The notes under the pieces were generated by a model. It saw only the letters and a list, made by a program, of their open reading frames with translations. It made no database searches and had not been told where the DNA came from. Shown here in pieces: positions 11,313-22,737 of a DNA stretch of 64,000 nucleotides. Source of the stretch: Torpedo marmorata. Taxonomy: Eukaryota. Made by a program: the position numbers and the translations under genes. The DNA lies in contig OZ360222.1 of the NCBI GenBank assembly GCA_977017645.1, forward strand, positions 186,992,001-187,056,000, written 5' to 3'. How positions within the stretch are numbered: the first letter of the stretch is position 1; each line of letters starts with the position of its first letter.

Positions 11313-12880
11313 GTGATGTTCCTGCCAGTTGAAGAATGGGCAGTGGTGCAGCAGGTTGTGATCCCTAAAGTATATAGGGATGAAATAATAACTTTGGCTC
11401 ATAGCACACCCTTAGGTTGTCACCTTGGGGTGAAGAAACCTATACAGAAGATAATGAAACAATTTTATTGGCCCAGTTTGAGAAGCTTTTGCCGGGCCTG
11501 TCACACTTGTCAGGTGGTGGGTAAACCTAATCAGGGTCCCCCGGTGGCACCCTTGCAACCTATCCCTTCTTTCAGTGAGCCTTTCTCGAGAGTGATTGTG
11601 GACTGTGTTGGCTCATTGCCCAAAACCAAAGCAGGGAATGAGTATTTGTTAATAATTATGTGTGCAGCCACCAGATTTCCAGAGGCCATTCCTCTGAGAA
11701 ACATTAAAGCAAAGGCAATTGTAAAGGCTATGGTAAAGTTTTTCACCTTGGTAGGTTTGCCAAGAGAAATTCAATCAGATCAGGGTAGTAATTTCATGTC
11801 AGTTGTATTCCAACAAGTGGTTGATAGACTGGGAGTTAAACAGATTGTATCCTCTGCGTACCATCCAGAAAGTCAAGGGGCCCTGGAGAGGTACCATTTG
11901 ACTTTGAAAAATATGATGAGAACTTTTAAACCTGGTGAGAATGTATTAGTTCTGTTTCCCACACATTTAAATCCTCTTAGGGCTAGATTTTCAGGACCCT
12001 ATAGAGTTAAGGCAAAAATTAATGAGGTCACCTCTGTTATAGAAACACCTAATCGCAGACGAGACATGCAGGTCTGTCATGTGAATATGATTAAGCCATA
12101 TTTTGAACAGGTGCCGCACAAAGAGACAGAACATTTACCAGAGGTGTTGGTTATTGACCGGGGTAAGGAGGAGACAGATAAAACCAGTTTCAGAGGGTCA
12201 TGGGATTGTTATTTATCTGGGTTATGGAGTAGAACAGGGCAGTTGGCGCCAGTAGAGGTCAAGGTCGTGACTATTTCCGAGTTCCCTGTTCCAACTGGTA
12301 AGAAAACTCTGAGGAGGTTCCTGGGGATGATTGGTTACTACCGCAAGTTCTGTAAAAACCTTGCAGATCTTGCGCTCCCTCTCACAAATTTGCTTAGAAA
12401 GGTAGAAACTTTTGTATGGTCGACAGGTTGTCAGGAAGCATTTGTCAAATTGAAAGCCATTTTATGCCACCAACCTGTGCTTAAGTCACCTGATTTAGAA
12501 CAGCCATTTTCTTTAGCCGTGGATGCCAGCAATGAAGCTGTGGGTGCGGTGCTGTTAGAGGAAGAACGAAGAGGACATTGACCATACGGTATCCTACTTC
12601 TCGAAGAACTTCAATGATCATCAAAGGAATTATTCAACCATAGAAAAAGAGTTGTTAGCTCTTGTGTTGGCTCTACAACACTTTGATGTGTATATCTGTA
12701 CAGTTCAAAAACCACTCATAGTGTATACTGAAAATAATCCATTGGTTTTTCTTTGTAAAATGAAAATAAGAATTGACGGTTGTTGAATTGGAATCTAATT
12801 TTGCAAGAATATGATTTAATAATAACACATATAAAAGGGAAAGATAATGTAATCGCTGATTGTCTTTCTAGATGCTATAC
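11313..12880 (+). pseudogene. Integrase followed by truncated RT C-terminus and RNase H
   Basis: HHCC (AH..GCHLG..CHTCQ), rve core (VDCVG, SDQGSNF, HPESQGALER) and GPY/F motif, then RRFLGMIGYYRKF, VDASNEAVGAVL, YSTIEKELLAL and HIKGKDNVIADCLSR. No YxDD RT core is present. Confidence 0.92.
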
Positions 12881-13010
12881 TTTATAAATGAAAGTAGTTC
12901 ATATTTTGTGTTTGTGGATGAACATTGTGGGTTTTGTTTATATTGTGACACCTCAATTAATTTCCAAAATGTTGTTCTTGCAGACCAAAATTTTCTATGT
13001 GGGTGGGAGG

Positions 13011-13113
13011 TGTTATGGACCATGACTGCGGACTTTCAGCAGGAAGGATGAAGTATTTTGGAGTACACACTGGGACCAGGTACTGAAAGAGTTAACTTGC
13101 CCAGGACAGGGTG

Positions 13114-13155
<42 letters not shown>

Positions 13156-13823
13156 CTGTGGAAAGATACTTTGTTGCACTTTTGCAAAAGCAGGTGCAAA
13201 ATGCTGCAAAAAGCATTTCAGTTTGGAGTTGCAAGAGGCTGGAGCAACACAGCCAAATCCAGGCTTGCGCATCCCAGGGGAAAAGGCTGGGAGAATAGCA
13301 CATGGCCTCCTGTTTCAGCAAAATCCTGATTTAAATCAACTTTCGTGGAGAACAGGCGTGAGATCAGCGAGACAAGCTATGAGATCCAAGTATACGCCTC
13401 AATCAAAACTGATTTGGAATCGCAATCCTCGTGTACCTACCAAAAGGGAAAGTCATCAGGGAAGAAAAGCAGGCCAAGCATTCGTAAGCTTAAACAGTTA
13501 TTGTCTCTCTCTCCAAGAGCTGAATTTGGACCCTAAACATAGAGAGTGATTTTTGTGGACTGTATTTTTGGGACTGACTTATTTTTATGACTGACCTGGG
13601 GGTTTTGGGGAAGGTTTTCCATTTTACATGAGGGTTGGGCACAGACTGTAATGGTCTGAGCTTTAAACACACACACACTTTAGATAAGAATAGTGTTTAT
13701 AGACATTTATAGTGGGGTTAATTGGTAAGAAATTGTATGATTAATTGTCTTCAATAAATATAAATTTCAATTTTACCCCTTTTGCATTGCATCTTCTGTC
13801 GTTGCTGGTTTGAGTTTGTAACA
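13011..13823 (+). repeat. 3' LTR
   Basis: TGTTATGG...TGTAACA, preceded by GTGGGTGGGAGG and followed by the TSD ATAC. Confidence 0.95.
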
Positions 13824-13949
13824 ATACACTTCTACAGAAGTTATAACCGGCTCATCAAGAAGTAAGACACAATGAAACTTTGGGCCGTGAAAGAATTATC
13901 AGCAACAAAAAATATTCTTGCAGTTAAGGTTTGCAGGAAACCTCATGTT

Positions 13950-15285
13950 GAAAGACTTCAGAGATGTAGAGAGAATAGAGAAAAAATTAACAGAGAAGGT
14001 TAAGAGGAGATGTTATAGAGCTGTTGAAAGTGTTGAGGGTAAATGACAGAGCAATTGAAAGGAAATTGTTTCTAATAGCCTCAGAAGAAAATGTTTCACA
14101 AGAGTCAGAGGTGATGTGCTTGAAAATAAAGTTACATAATAAATGCTAAAATCTGAAAGGTGGTGAACATTGATTTAATAATGACTTTCAAAAGGGAGTG
14201 TAATAATACTTGAAAGTGAAGATTAGAGTTTAAGGGGAAATGCAGGGAAGGGGAGAGTCATTGGAAAGTTGTTCCAAATGGCCAGCGCAGGCACAATCAG
14301 TTAAGTGGCCTCGGTGTATCCTGCATCATTCTGTGATGATGCGATCACCCTTGGCATTGCTGATAGATGGCAGATCTACCACTGACAATGAATGTCCCGA
14401 GGTTCGCCGCCGGTCAACCTCGTGCCCCACATTCCTTCTTTCCATCTAGTCTCAGGCCTAATGTTCCTCTGGGAAGCCAGCCAGCAGCTCATTGCCCTGG
14501 CTTGGCACCGTACAGCACAGGACCTCTGAACAGCTGGTCAGCTCATCTCCCAGAAGGATGTTACATGTTAATGCTTAAAAAATAAGAATATTAAAAAATT
14601 ACATTAAAAATTCAAGAAATTGAAGCTGAAAACCACCAATACTTTCTTAAACGCAATAAAGGAAAATTTAGGGGAGACATCAAGGGTAAGATTTTACAAA
14701 GAGAGTTGTGGGTGCCTGGAATGCATTGCCAGGGGTACTGGTGGAGGCCGGAACAATAGGGGCATTTAAGAGACTCTTAGGCACATGGATGAAAGAAAAA
14801 TAGAGGGTTATGAGGTAGGGAGGGTTTAGTTTTTTTGGGGTAGGTTTATATAGGTTGGCACAACATCATGGGCCGAAGGGCCTGCACTCTGCTGTAATTT
14901 CTATGTTCCAAATCCATTTAAATGACTTGATGTTAACCAAGTGAAAAGGTCTGTTCAACATTCTCTCTGCAACCCTCTCTAACCATTCATTTCAATTGGT
15001 CACCAGATATCGGAGTAGATTTCCCAGTCTAACATTTCTGAAGAAATTTGTGGTGAGCAGGTGGATTCCAGGAAGTTGGTGAGTGCCTGGATTGGGCTGC
15101 CAGGGTAGTGGTAGACACAGAAATGATCGTGGTGTTTAAGAGGCTTCTAGATAGATGCATGAATGTGCAGAGAATAACGGGATGTGCAAGCAGCAGAGAT
15201 TTCATTTAATTTGTCATCATGTGTGGTGCAGATATCTTAAGCTGAAGGACCTGTTACCGTGCTGCACTCTCTATGTTCTGTGTGC
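13950..15285 (+). mobile_element. Cluster of three CR1 3' fragments (~13950-14340, ~14660-14910, ~15060-15285)
   Basis: Each has the TTTAAGAG..TAGA motif and a GGCC/GAAGGGCCTG..TGCTGTA-type tail. Confidence 0.65.
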
Positions 15286-15383
15286 TAACATTACCACTGC
15301 AGTACAGGTGCCCTGTGTCAGATCAGTTCATTCAATTGTTGTAGTTGTTTTTGTAGTTTTTTTTACAAAGTATCTATTTGGCT

Positions 15384-17214
15384 CAGTGGCGTATCTAGGT
15401 AAAATAGTGCCTATGGCAAGCACTGAAATTGTGCCCCTCCCCTGTTTTTTTAAAAAATAATTAAATAGATGGATCGCACATAAAGTTGACAGTTGGGCGA
15501 TTTTCACGCACAATTGGGCTGGCGCTAACCGCTACACCAACCGTGCCGCCCGACATATCCTTGTAAATTTCACACGTTGCGTTGTAATTTATTAGAAGTG
15601 AACCAGTGGATTAACTCCCACCCGGGCCTCTAGGCTGAGTTTTAGTAAGGGAAAGGCCCCCCCTTCTCGCCCCCTCCCTCCTCTCGCTCCCCCCCTCACT
15701 AACAGAACCCTCGATTGTGAACCACGCCACACCACGTTGAGGTTTTATTCCCAGTCACCAAGACGTGGGACGCTCCAGGCTCCAGCCCGCGTTGAAGCCA
15801 CCCAAGCCTTGTGTTTATTACCTGCCGTTCCCGGCTGAAAGCTGCAGCCTCCGCAGGAAGACCCGCGACTTCTATGCTCGTGATAACTTCGGGTCGGTCG
15901 ACTCGGAATGTCCCGGGTCACACGCCAGTCCAGTCCCCCATTCCATCGCCTGCTCTTACTGCATCAGGTGATGAGCCGAGTTCTGACTGCAGCAGGAGGC
16001 AGACGCCACAGACCTCAGGCTCAGACTCGCGCGCGCTTTTTACAAATGCGCGGCACGAGCATTGATTGACAGGTAGTATGCCATTGGGACCAGCAGAGCA
16101 CAAGACCCCGCTGTTGACTGGGTGAAAGCGGTTTCCGCGACCGCGAGGCGCGAGACTTGATTGAGCGACTAGAGGAGAAGTACGACTACACTACTATGTA
16201 TAATGTTGTACAAGTAGTGGTACTACATGCATAATAAAATATCATGAAGACAAGTTATATGAATCAATTACAGACCTTTTATTCCATATGATGGAACCAT
16301 TAAACCATAGAACACCACAGCACAGAAAGGCCATGATAAACACTCTCAACCCTTTAACAGTACAGTGTACATCTTAGTACCAACAACAACTTACCAACAA
16401 TTTCTCCAGCGGCAAGCGCCGTTCCACAGTTCTAGGCCTGGAGTGAAGCAGGGTTGTCCCAATGGCAAAGATTCGAGCACACATGGTCCCAAGACTCCCA
16501 ACAATGTCAAAGAGGGCAATTAGAGCACACGTGGCACCCTTTATAGTGCTGGAGGGCTGGGGGGTCCAGTCCAGGTGGTTTACAGGAGGCCAATGGCTCG
16601 GTGCCAGCAAGGTTAAGCCGATTACAAAGGACAATGGCCCAAGGCCAAGTACAAAGGAATTTAAATTGGCCAATGCACTTAATAGGGTGGGGTGAAACCT
16701 TGATTGGCAGTGCTGTCATGACCCTTCACTGCTTCACAATACAATACAGAGTGGTGAAATGGTAATTCAATTCTTCAGATTATATTACCCTTTTCAGTCA
16801 CACACCAACACGCTTTTAATTCACGTTTTAAAGATGATACACAATACTCTGTCGATGTCACAAAGATGATACTTTGCGTTTCCCTGGCACTGGCAGAGCT
16901 GTTCCAGCTGCGTGGGGGATTATGGGTAAGGAAGACAGCCATTTTGCCCATTGATCCCGCATTGAGCCGCCGCAAGGTGCCGGAACGGCCCCGAAGCGGC
17001 TGCAGCCCCGAAGCGAAGAGATGCCGGCTCGGTGAGATGCCAGAGCAGCGCTCTGGGGCTCTCAAGTGGGATAGAGAATCTGTGTTGGGCTAGGGACTCA
17101 GATATTGGGCGGGCGAGCTCGGATATTGAGCGGGCAAGGCGAGGACAATGGCGCCCCCCTGCAAGTGGTGCCAAGGGCATGTGCCCTAGCTGCCATACCC
17201 TAGATATGCCTATG
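15384..17214. mobile_element. Non-autonomous hAT DNA transposon (Tip100-like termini) with nested fragments
   Basis: Imperfect TIRs CAGTGGCGTATCTAGG / CCTAGATATGCCTATG and a perfect 8-bp TSD ATTTGGCT (15376-15383 and 17215-17222). No transposase ORF. Confidence 0.88.
16243..16738 (-). mobile_element. Probable solo LTR of an unrelated family nested in the hAT element
   Basis: Minus strand begins TGTGAAG, has a TATA box (TATAAAGGG, ~16538-16546) and AATAAA near its far end (~16277-16282). The distal terminus and the TSD (ATAT/ATAC) are imperfect. Confidence 0.45.
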
Positions 17215-17309
17215 ATTTGGCTGCAGCAAGTAAGAATTTCAGGGCACATGTACATTGTACAAAATATATGACAATAATCTCATTATCAGGCACTTCGCTA
17301 AGATTGTCA

Positions 17310-17605
17310 TTTAGTCATAGAGTCATACAGAATGGAAATAGGCCTTTTGGCCCAATTTGTGCATGCTCATCAAGTTGTCCATCTTCTTGTCCATTTGGCT
17401 GTGTTTGCCCCACATCCCTCTAACCCTTCCCAATCCATGTACCTCTCCATATGTCTTTTAAACATTGTGATTGTACCCCCCTCTGCCACTTCCTCCGGCT
17501 GTCATTCCATATACAGACAACTCTCTGGGTGAAAAGGTTGCCCACAGAACCCTTTTAAATCCTCCTCCCCTCCCCCCATATTAAACCCCTGCCTCTAGTT
17601 TTAGA
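17310..17605 (-). mobile_element. CR1 3' end
   Basis: Reverse complement ends in GGGCCAAAAGGCCTATTTCCATTCTGTATGACTCTATGA. Confidence 0.75.
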
Positions 17606-18679
17606 TTAAATCATGCTTTTCTGTCCTTAGTTTTGGTCACGTTCCATTTACTGGCAATGTGGAGTCTCATTTGTGCACTGATTGGAGGGTATATTTGTGC
17701 TTACTCAGTAAATAAACTTATTTGTTGTATAATAGCCCTATTGCTGTGAGTTTGTCCAATTGCCCAGCTCTTTGCTTGACAATGTGGTTTCAATCAACCC
17801 TCTATCCACAGCAAGAATCACAAAGATGACCCTTCAGACAGAATCTTGTCAAAAACAAAATGTGGAATTCGTGCTGCTTAAATCCAGTCACTATGCTTCC
17901 TCTGTTGGGTTTTGGCTAATTTCGACCATGCACTAATTATAACTGATCGTGAAACTGTGGCTCGAACCGATTGAATCTGTGAAAGGATTAAATGCAGATT
18001 CTCATTCACACAAACCCTGCATCAAACCATTCCCACCAGATAGTGCAGCAATTGGCTGTTCATTTATCTGACAAAAATGATCAAATATCGTGAACCTTCA
18101 ATGAAAGATTGGAATACTTCTCTTTAATTACGAGGTTGCACTCTGATATCCAAAGTGTCATCCCTGCCTGTGCTCTGCATTATCAGAAAATTACTGCACA
18201 TTCAAAAATATTTTTACTTGCAAAAGATTACAGTGAGGGAAAAACAGCTGCAACAAAATTATAGAATGCATCTGATACACACATTCATCACAACTACTCA
18301 TTGAAGTCTTTAAAAATTATCATTCAACTGAAATCTTACATGCAGAGTTAATGTTAACATCTCATTGCTCAATTCAACTCTGTCAGAGGTTTTCAACATC
18401 AAGTATGAACACTATTTCTCTCTCCACAGATGTTCTCTTAACTCCTGCACTCCCTGATTTTATTTCATATTTCTGGCATCCTCAGTATTTTTTTAAACAA
18501 GAAAGTTTGCATACCCCATTCCCACGACAACATATCCATCCATGGCGTCATGCTCTGCCAAACCAAGGCCACTGGTAAATTGAAGGAACAACACCTCATA
18601 TTCAGTCTGGGCACTCTCCAATCAGATGACATTAACATTGACTTCTCCAGTTTCCATGCAACCCCTTCCCTCACTCTCT

Positions 18680-19561
18680 AGCCCCTTTCACACTGCCAAA
18701 TAAAGTGGGTTGAACCGGCCAATTTAGCGGGTCCGTAGCGGGTAATCTGGCGGTGTGAAAGGTCCCAACCGGCAGGGCGAGTACAAATCAACCGGGCTCT
18801 GACTCTTGGTGGGGGGAGTGTGAGAGCCCGGCCGAGTTAACTCGTTAATCACTCTGTGGCGGTGTGAATGGTCTACTCGAATTACCGGGTACCATTAGTG
18901 ACGTTAGTGCCTGCGTGCTTGTGTCAGTCTGGTAGTATTATAAGTAATCTTGAGATGATTTAAAGCACAGGTACGCGCTGACAGCTCCACCGGCCACACG
19001 CTGACAGCCTCGCCGACTGCACAGTTATATTTCACAGCGCGGGGCTGTCAGAGCGCGGCCGGCGGGGCTGTCAGCGCGTGTCCGGTGGAGCTGTCAGCGC
19101 GTACCTGTGCTTTAAATCATCTCAAGATTACTTATATTACCTAACACAATGTAATGCTATGTAAATAGTTGTTATACTCTAATGTTTAGGAAATAATGAC
19201 AAGCTGGTCTGTGGGTTTGTCCTAAGTTTGAACAGTCTGAAGCCCACTGCGGTAGATTTTTCCACAGTCTTTTATACATTTGGCGCGTATGTTTTATTAA
19301 ATTGTGCGTGTTTTTTCCCACGGTCTTTTATACATTGAGCGCGTTTGTGCTTTATTCCCGCTACGATTCCCGCTACGATTTCACTGCCCTGCGAGTACGT
19401 AATGCATCACTCGTGACATCACTGCTGGAGGTTGGACCCCCTTAGATTCGCGAGTTACACATTTACCAGGTAATTTAAGCTCCAGTGTGAAAGGCTTACC
19501 GGGTACTGCAACCCACCTCGTTTACTCGCCTTTTTGGAGGGTTGGCGGTGTGAAAGGAGCT
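18680..19561. mobile_element. PIF/Harbinger-type MITE
   Basis: TIRs AGCCCCTTTCACACTGCCAA / TTGGCGGTGTGAAAGGAGCT, 3-bp TSD TCT (18677-18679 and 19562-19564), and internal copies of the GTGTGAAAGG motif. Confidence 0.85.
18939..19136. repeat. Long inverted repeat (~80-bp arms)
   Basis: TATAAGTAATCTTGAGATGATTTAAAGCACAGGTACGCGCTGACAGCTCCACCGG is matched exactly by its reverse complement ending at 19136; pairing continues imperfectly inward. Confidence 0.95.
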
Positions 19562-20364
19562 TCTCTCTTTCCCTATCCATCTGTCTCCTTTCCTCCAGCT
19601 TCCCACCCCCTTCCCTCTCCATTCAGACAGCTACCCCCTCCCCCTATCACTTCCCAGTTTTTTTCCTTCTGCCCTCCCACCCAAATCCACCTATGACCTC
19701 TGGCCTGTGCTCCTCCCCCTGCCCCTTCTTCCCTCCTCCTCCCACCTTTTTATTCAAGCGTCTGTCTGCTTTCTGCTCATACCTTGATGAAGGGTTTTCA
19801 AGCCCTTGGTTATACATCTTTGCTTCCTATGGACTCTGTGTGACCTGCTGAGTTTCTCCAGCACTTTTATGTACTTCTCAGTATTTTGTGTTTGTTCTAA
19901 ATGTGATTTCTTGTGAAACCTAAAGAATGGCATCCAGAAATAACTGAACATATAACCAGCCTTAAGGCAGTGTGATATCTTTCATCTGAAATGTTACCAG
20001 CTCATCACTTCACCCCCATCTACCACATCCAAACGTCAGCTGTGCCTCACGACACAGAATCCATTCCGCCACTCCAGTGTAGTTCAAAGAGAGTTCCAGG
20101 TAAGGCAGGAAATTCAAATCTTAACCTCAGATGAACTGAAAGGATCCTCAAGTACAGCTCAGAGAAGAACAGAATTCTCTTTGTGATGAGAGATGGTGTG
20201 CACATTTATCTGATTGTTTTCTGTGTGTGCATACATTTTTTTCTCTTTCCTATGTGGGTGGCAACAGCATCAGTCCTAAAAGCACTGAATGGGTTGTAAA
20301 TCACTTAAGACATTCTTAGATTGTTAAAAGCGCTATAGAGAGGGAAGCCCCACTTTTAGCAAAA

Positions 20365-20580
20365 AATAAACTGCTGGGAAAACTCAGTGGTTCAAGCAGA
20401 GTGTGTGAAGATCAAGGTATGGTCGGCATTTTGGATGAAGATCCTGAATTGGGATGATGCAGAGACCAGAAGCAGGGTCTTGACCCGAAACGTCGACCAT
20501 CCCTTTGACTCTGCAGATGCTGCCTGACCCACTGAGTTTTTGTTCACTCCACATTCCAGCATCAGCAGTCTCTTGTGTTC
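20365..20580. mobile_element. Palindromic element made of two inverted Penelope terminal repeats
   Basis: AAACTCAGTGGTTCAAGCAG...ATGGTCGGCATTTTGGAT pairs with ACCCGAAACGTCGACCAT...CTGCCTGACCCACTGAGTTT. Confidence 0.65.
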
Positions 20581-22737
20581 CCCAGGTGTGTCTTTATTTG
20601 CTACCTACTTAATTATACTTTTAAATTGGCAAACGTCACCCGCCTTCTTACATTTTGCCTGCCATAAACATACAACCAAAATCCTAGAGGCTGTAAAAGT
20701 GCTTGCCTCCTGAGCCAGTTTAGGTGACTGATAAAGCAATGCCAAAGGAACTCAGCAGGTCAGACAGCATCGATGGGTAGAAATGGTCAGTTACTATTTC
20801 TGGTCTGAATCCTTTCCAGCTCAGTTGCCGTGACAACTGGCTTCTAACCTTTACAACAAACTAGAAGGAATGCCTCCATGGATTATGGAAAAACAAAGAT
20901 AATGTAAAGGAGCCCAGTGACAACAGCGACGGTGTGACCATGGTGACTGTGGGCTACACCTCAGGGTCTGCCATGACCCGCCTCTACTGGACCAAGCAGA
21001 TATTCAGCAGCCCCCAACAGATCCACCTGACCACCGTGCACCAAGGCAAGCCCCAATGAGTACATATTTGGCAGCTGTGCCTGGGGTCCCACCCTCCCTT
21101 GTGGGATCAGAAATCATTGGCAGGATCCAGACCACCTCACCACCACCCCTACAGCTTTCAGAGCTTCTCGAAGCCTCTACAATTGTTTTTGGGGGGAGGA
21201 GCTTGTTGGATAGCCACACTTCCTCCTGTCCGTACTGGTGGATAGACACCTGGTGACCCAAAGAAGCTCATTCGTCTTCAATACAACAAGGAGTTCCCAT
21301 CCCATGTGGCAATCAGGACCAAGACTGAGATACTGTTCACCCTAATGGGACCCCCACAGTAACAATCACCTAAAACACTCACAGTCCCCCACCCCACCCA
21401 ACACTGGCGAGCAGTCCACCACAACCAGAATGACCATTCCTGTTGCACACAGGGACGCTGAGCTTGGCAGGGTTATGATGATGATAATATTATCATACAT
21501 ACTGTACAATGTGCAGATACACTGAAATATTTACTTGCTGAAGCCAAACAGGTACTTGTAAAGAAAAACTATAATAGTAAACTAATTGAATTAAATTAAA
21601 AGAGACAATAAATGCATAAGATAGATAATAAATATTCAAGCTTATGATTCCTCTCCACTTCAAATAGAATGCAAAGCCTTGCTTTCACATTCAACTCAAA
21701 CATTTTAAGGTAAGTTTTCTTCCAGAATAACTTTCCTTAGATTATTTATTAAAGCATCCAAACATTTGAGGAAAAAAACCAAATAAACTCTTTGGAATCT
21801 CAAGATAGATTTCAATGTTTACCACCTTCCTCCACACCAATCTATCTGAATACAAGCAGTACAAAATGTAGACTGACATCACACTGCAAAAAGTCAGAGT
21901 AAGGATCTGCCAACATCTTTAATTCTGTTATGGAACATAGGACATTAAGTTATTAGTGACAACTATTATTAAACTATTAGAAAACTGTCGTCCTTTGAAA
22001 GTGGCTAGAACACCTGGTCTGTGAAAGGATAATTATGGGTGTCCAGAGGAGGACGTCCTACACTGTCTAACTCTTAGCAGCACATTAAAGCTTCTTGGCA
22101 ATGGCTGCCTTCTGCTTGCTGACAGTATCGTCAGCTGACACGTTATTGAGGAATGAGCTTCAAACATCTGACACACTCCTCAAAGGAAAGCTAAAAATGT
22201 GTAAGTGTTTGTGTCACCCTCACCCTCTGCTTTCATCAGTCTGGAAGATGGGCAAATTAAGGCTGTTCACTTTAATCTCAGCAGTTAGCTCTCCCTTCTT
22301 TACAGCTGTTTGACGTTGGATAGTGCAGGAAAATTTTCAAAAGAAAGCCAGACTTTTATTGGGAAGACATTAAGGTGTTTGGCAGCAAGGAGAGTCACCA
22401 GAACCAAGATATAAATTAATCATGATATAATTAATTGGCAGAACGAGTGAATGGCCTCCTGCTACATTTACATATACTGTACATCCTTCAGCTCTGACCC
22501 CAGCGAGATGCCGAAGTAAGTCATGGAATAAATGGAAGTTAATGCTGGTGTTATTGCATTGGCTGTGAGACACCAGGTCAGAACTCCCTGCGACCTGATG
22601 GCATTAGAGATAAACCATATTTTTACTCTTATCATAGAATCGCAGTGCAGTTACAGTAGGGAATGAGGCCATTTGGCCCATCTACCCTGTTGATTTGCAT
22701 TTAGCACTTCAAAATTTAAGTTGACCTTATGCAGAAA

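Larger units (their letters stand above)
5134..13823 (+). mobile_element. Gypsy LTR retrotransposon, Gmr1-type domain order, defective, interrupted by an L1
   Basis: 5' LTR 5134-5962 and 3' LTR 13011-13823 (TG...CA), 4-bp TSD ATAC, a tRNA-Pro-like PBS, a purine-rich tract at 12999-13010, and gag/PR/INT/RT-RH remnants. Confidence 0.95.
18510..19880 (+). mobile_element. Penelope-like element 3' fragment, split by a Harbinger MITE
   Basis: 18510-18679 encodes ..GKLKEQHLIFSLGTLQSDDINIDFS (end of the GIY-YIG domain). 19562-19880 continues with the pyrimidine-rich tract and terminal repeat seen in the copies at 37.5 and 40.2 kb. Confidence 0.8.

Noticed and set aside
19778-19815. Functional hammerhead in the split Penelope copy
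   Set aside because: UUGAUGA and stem II remnants are present, but GAAACGUC is deleted.
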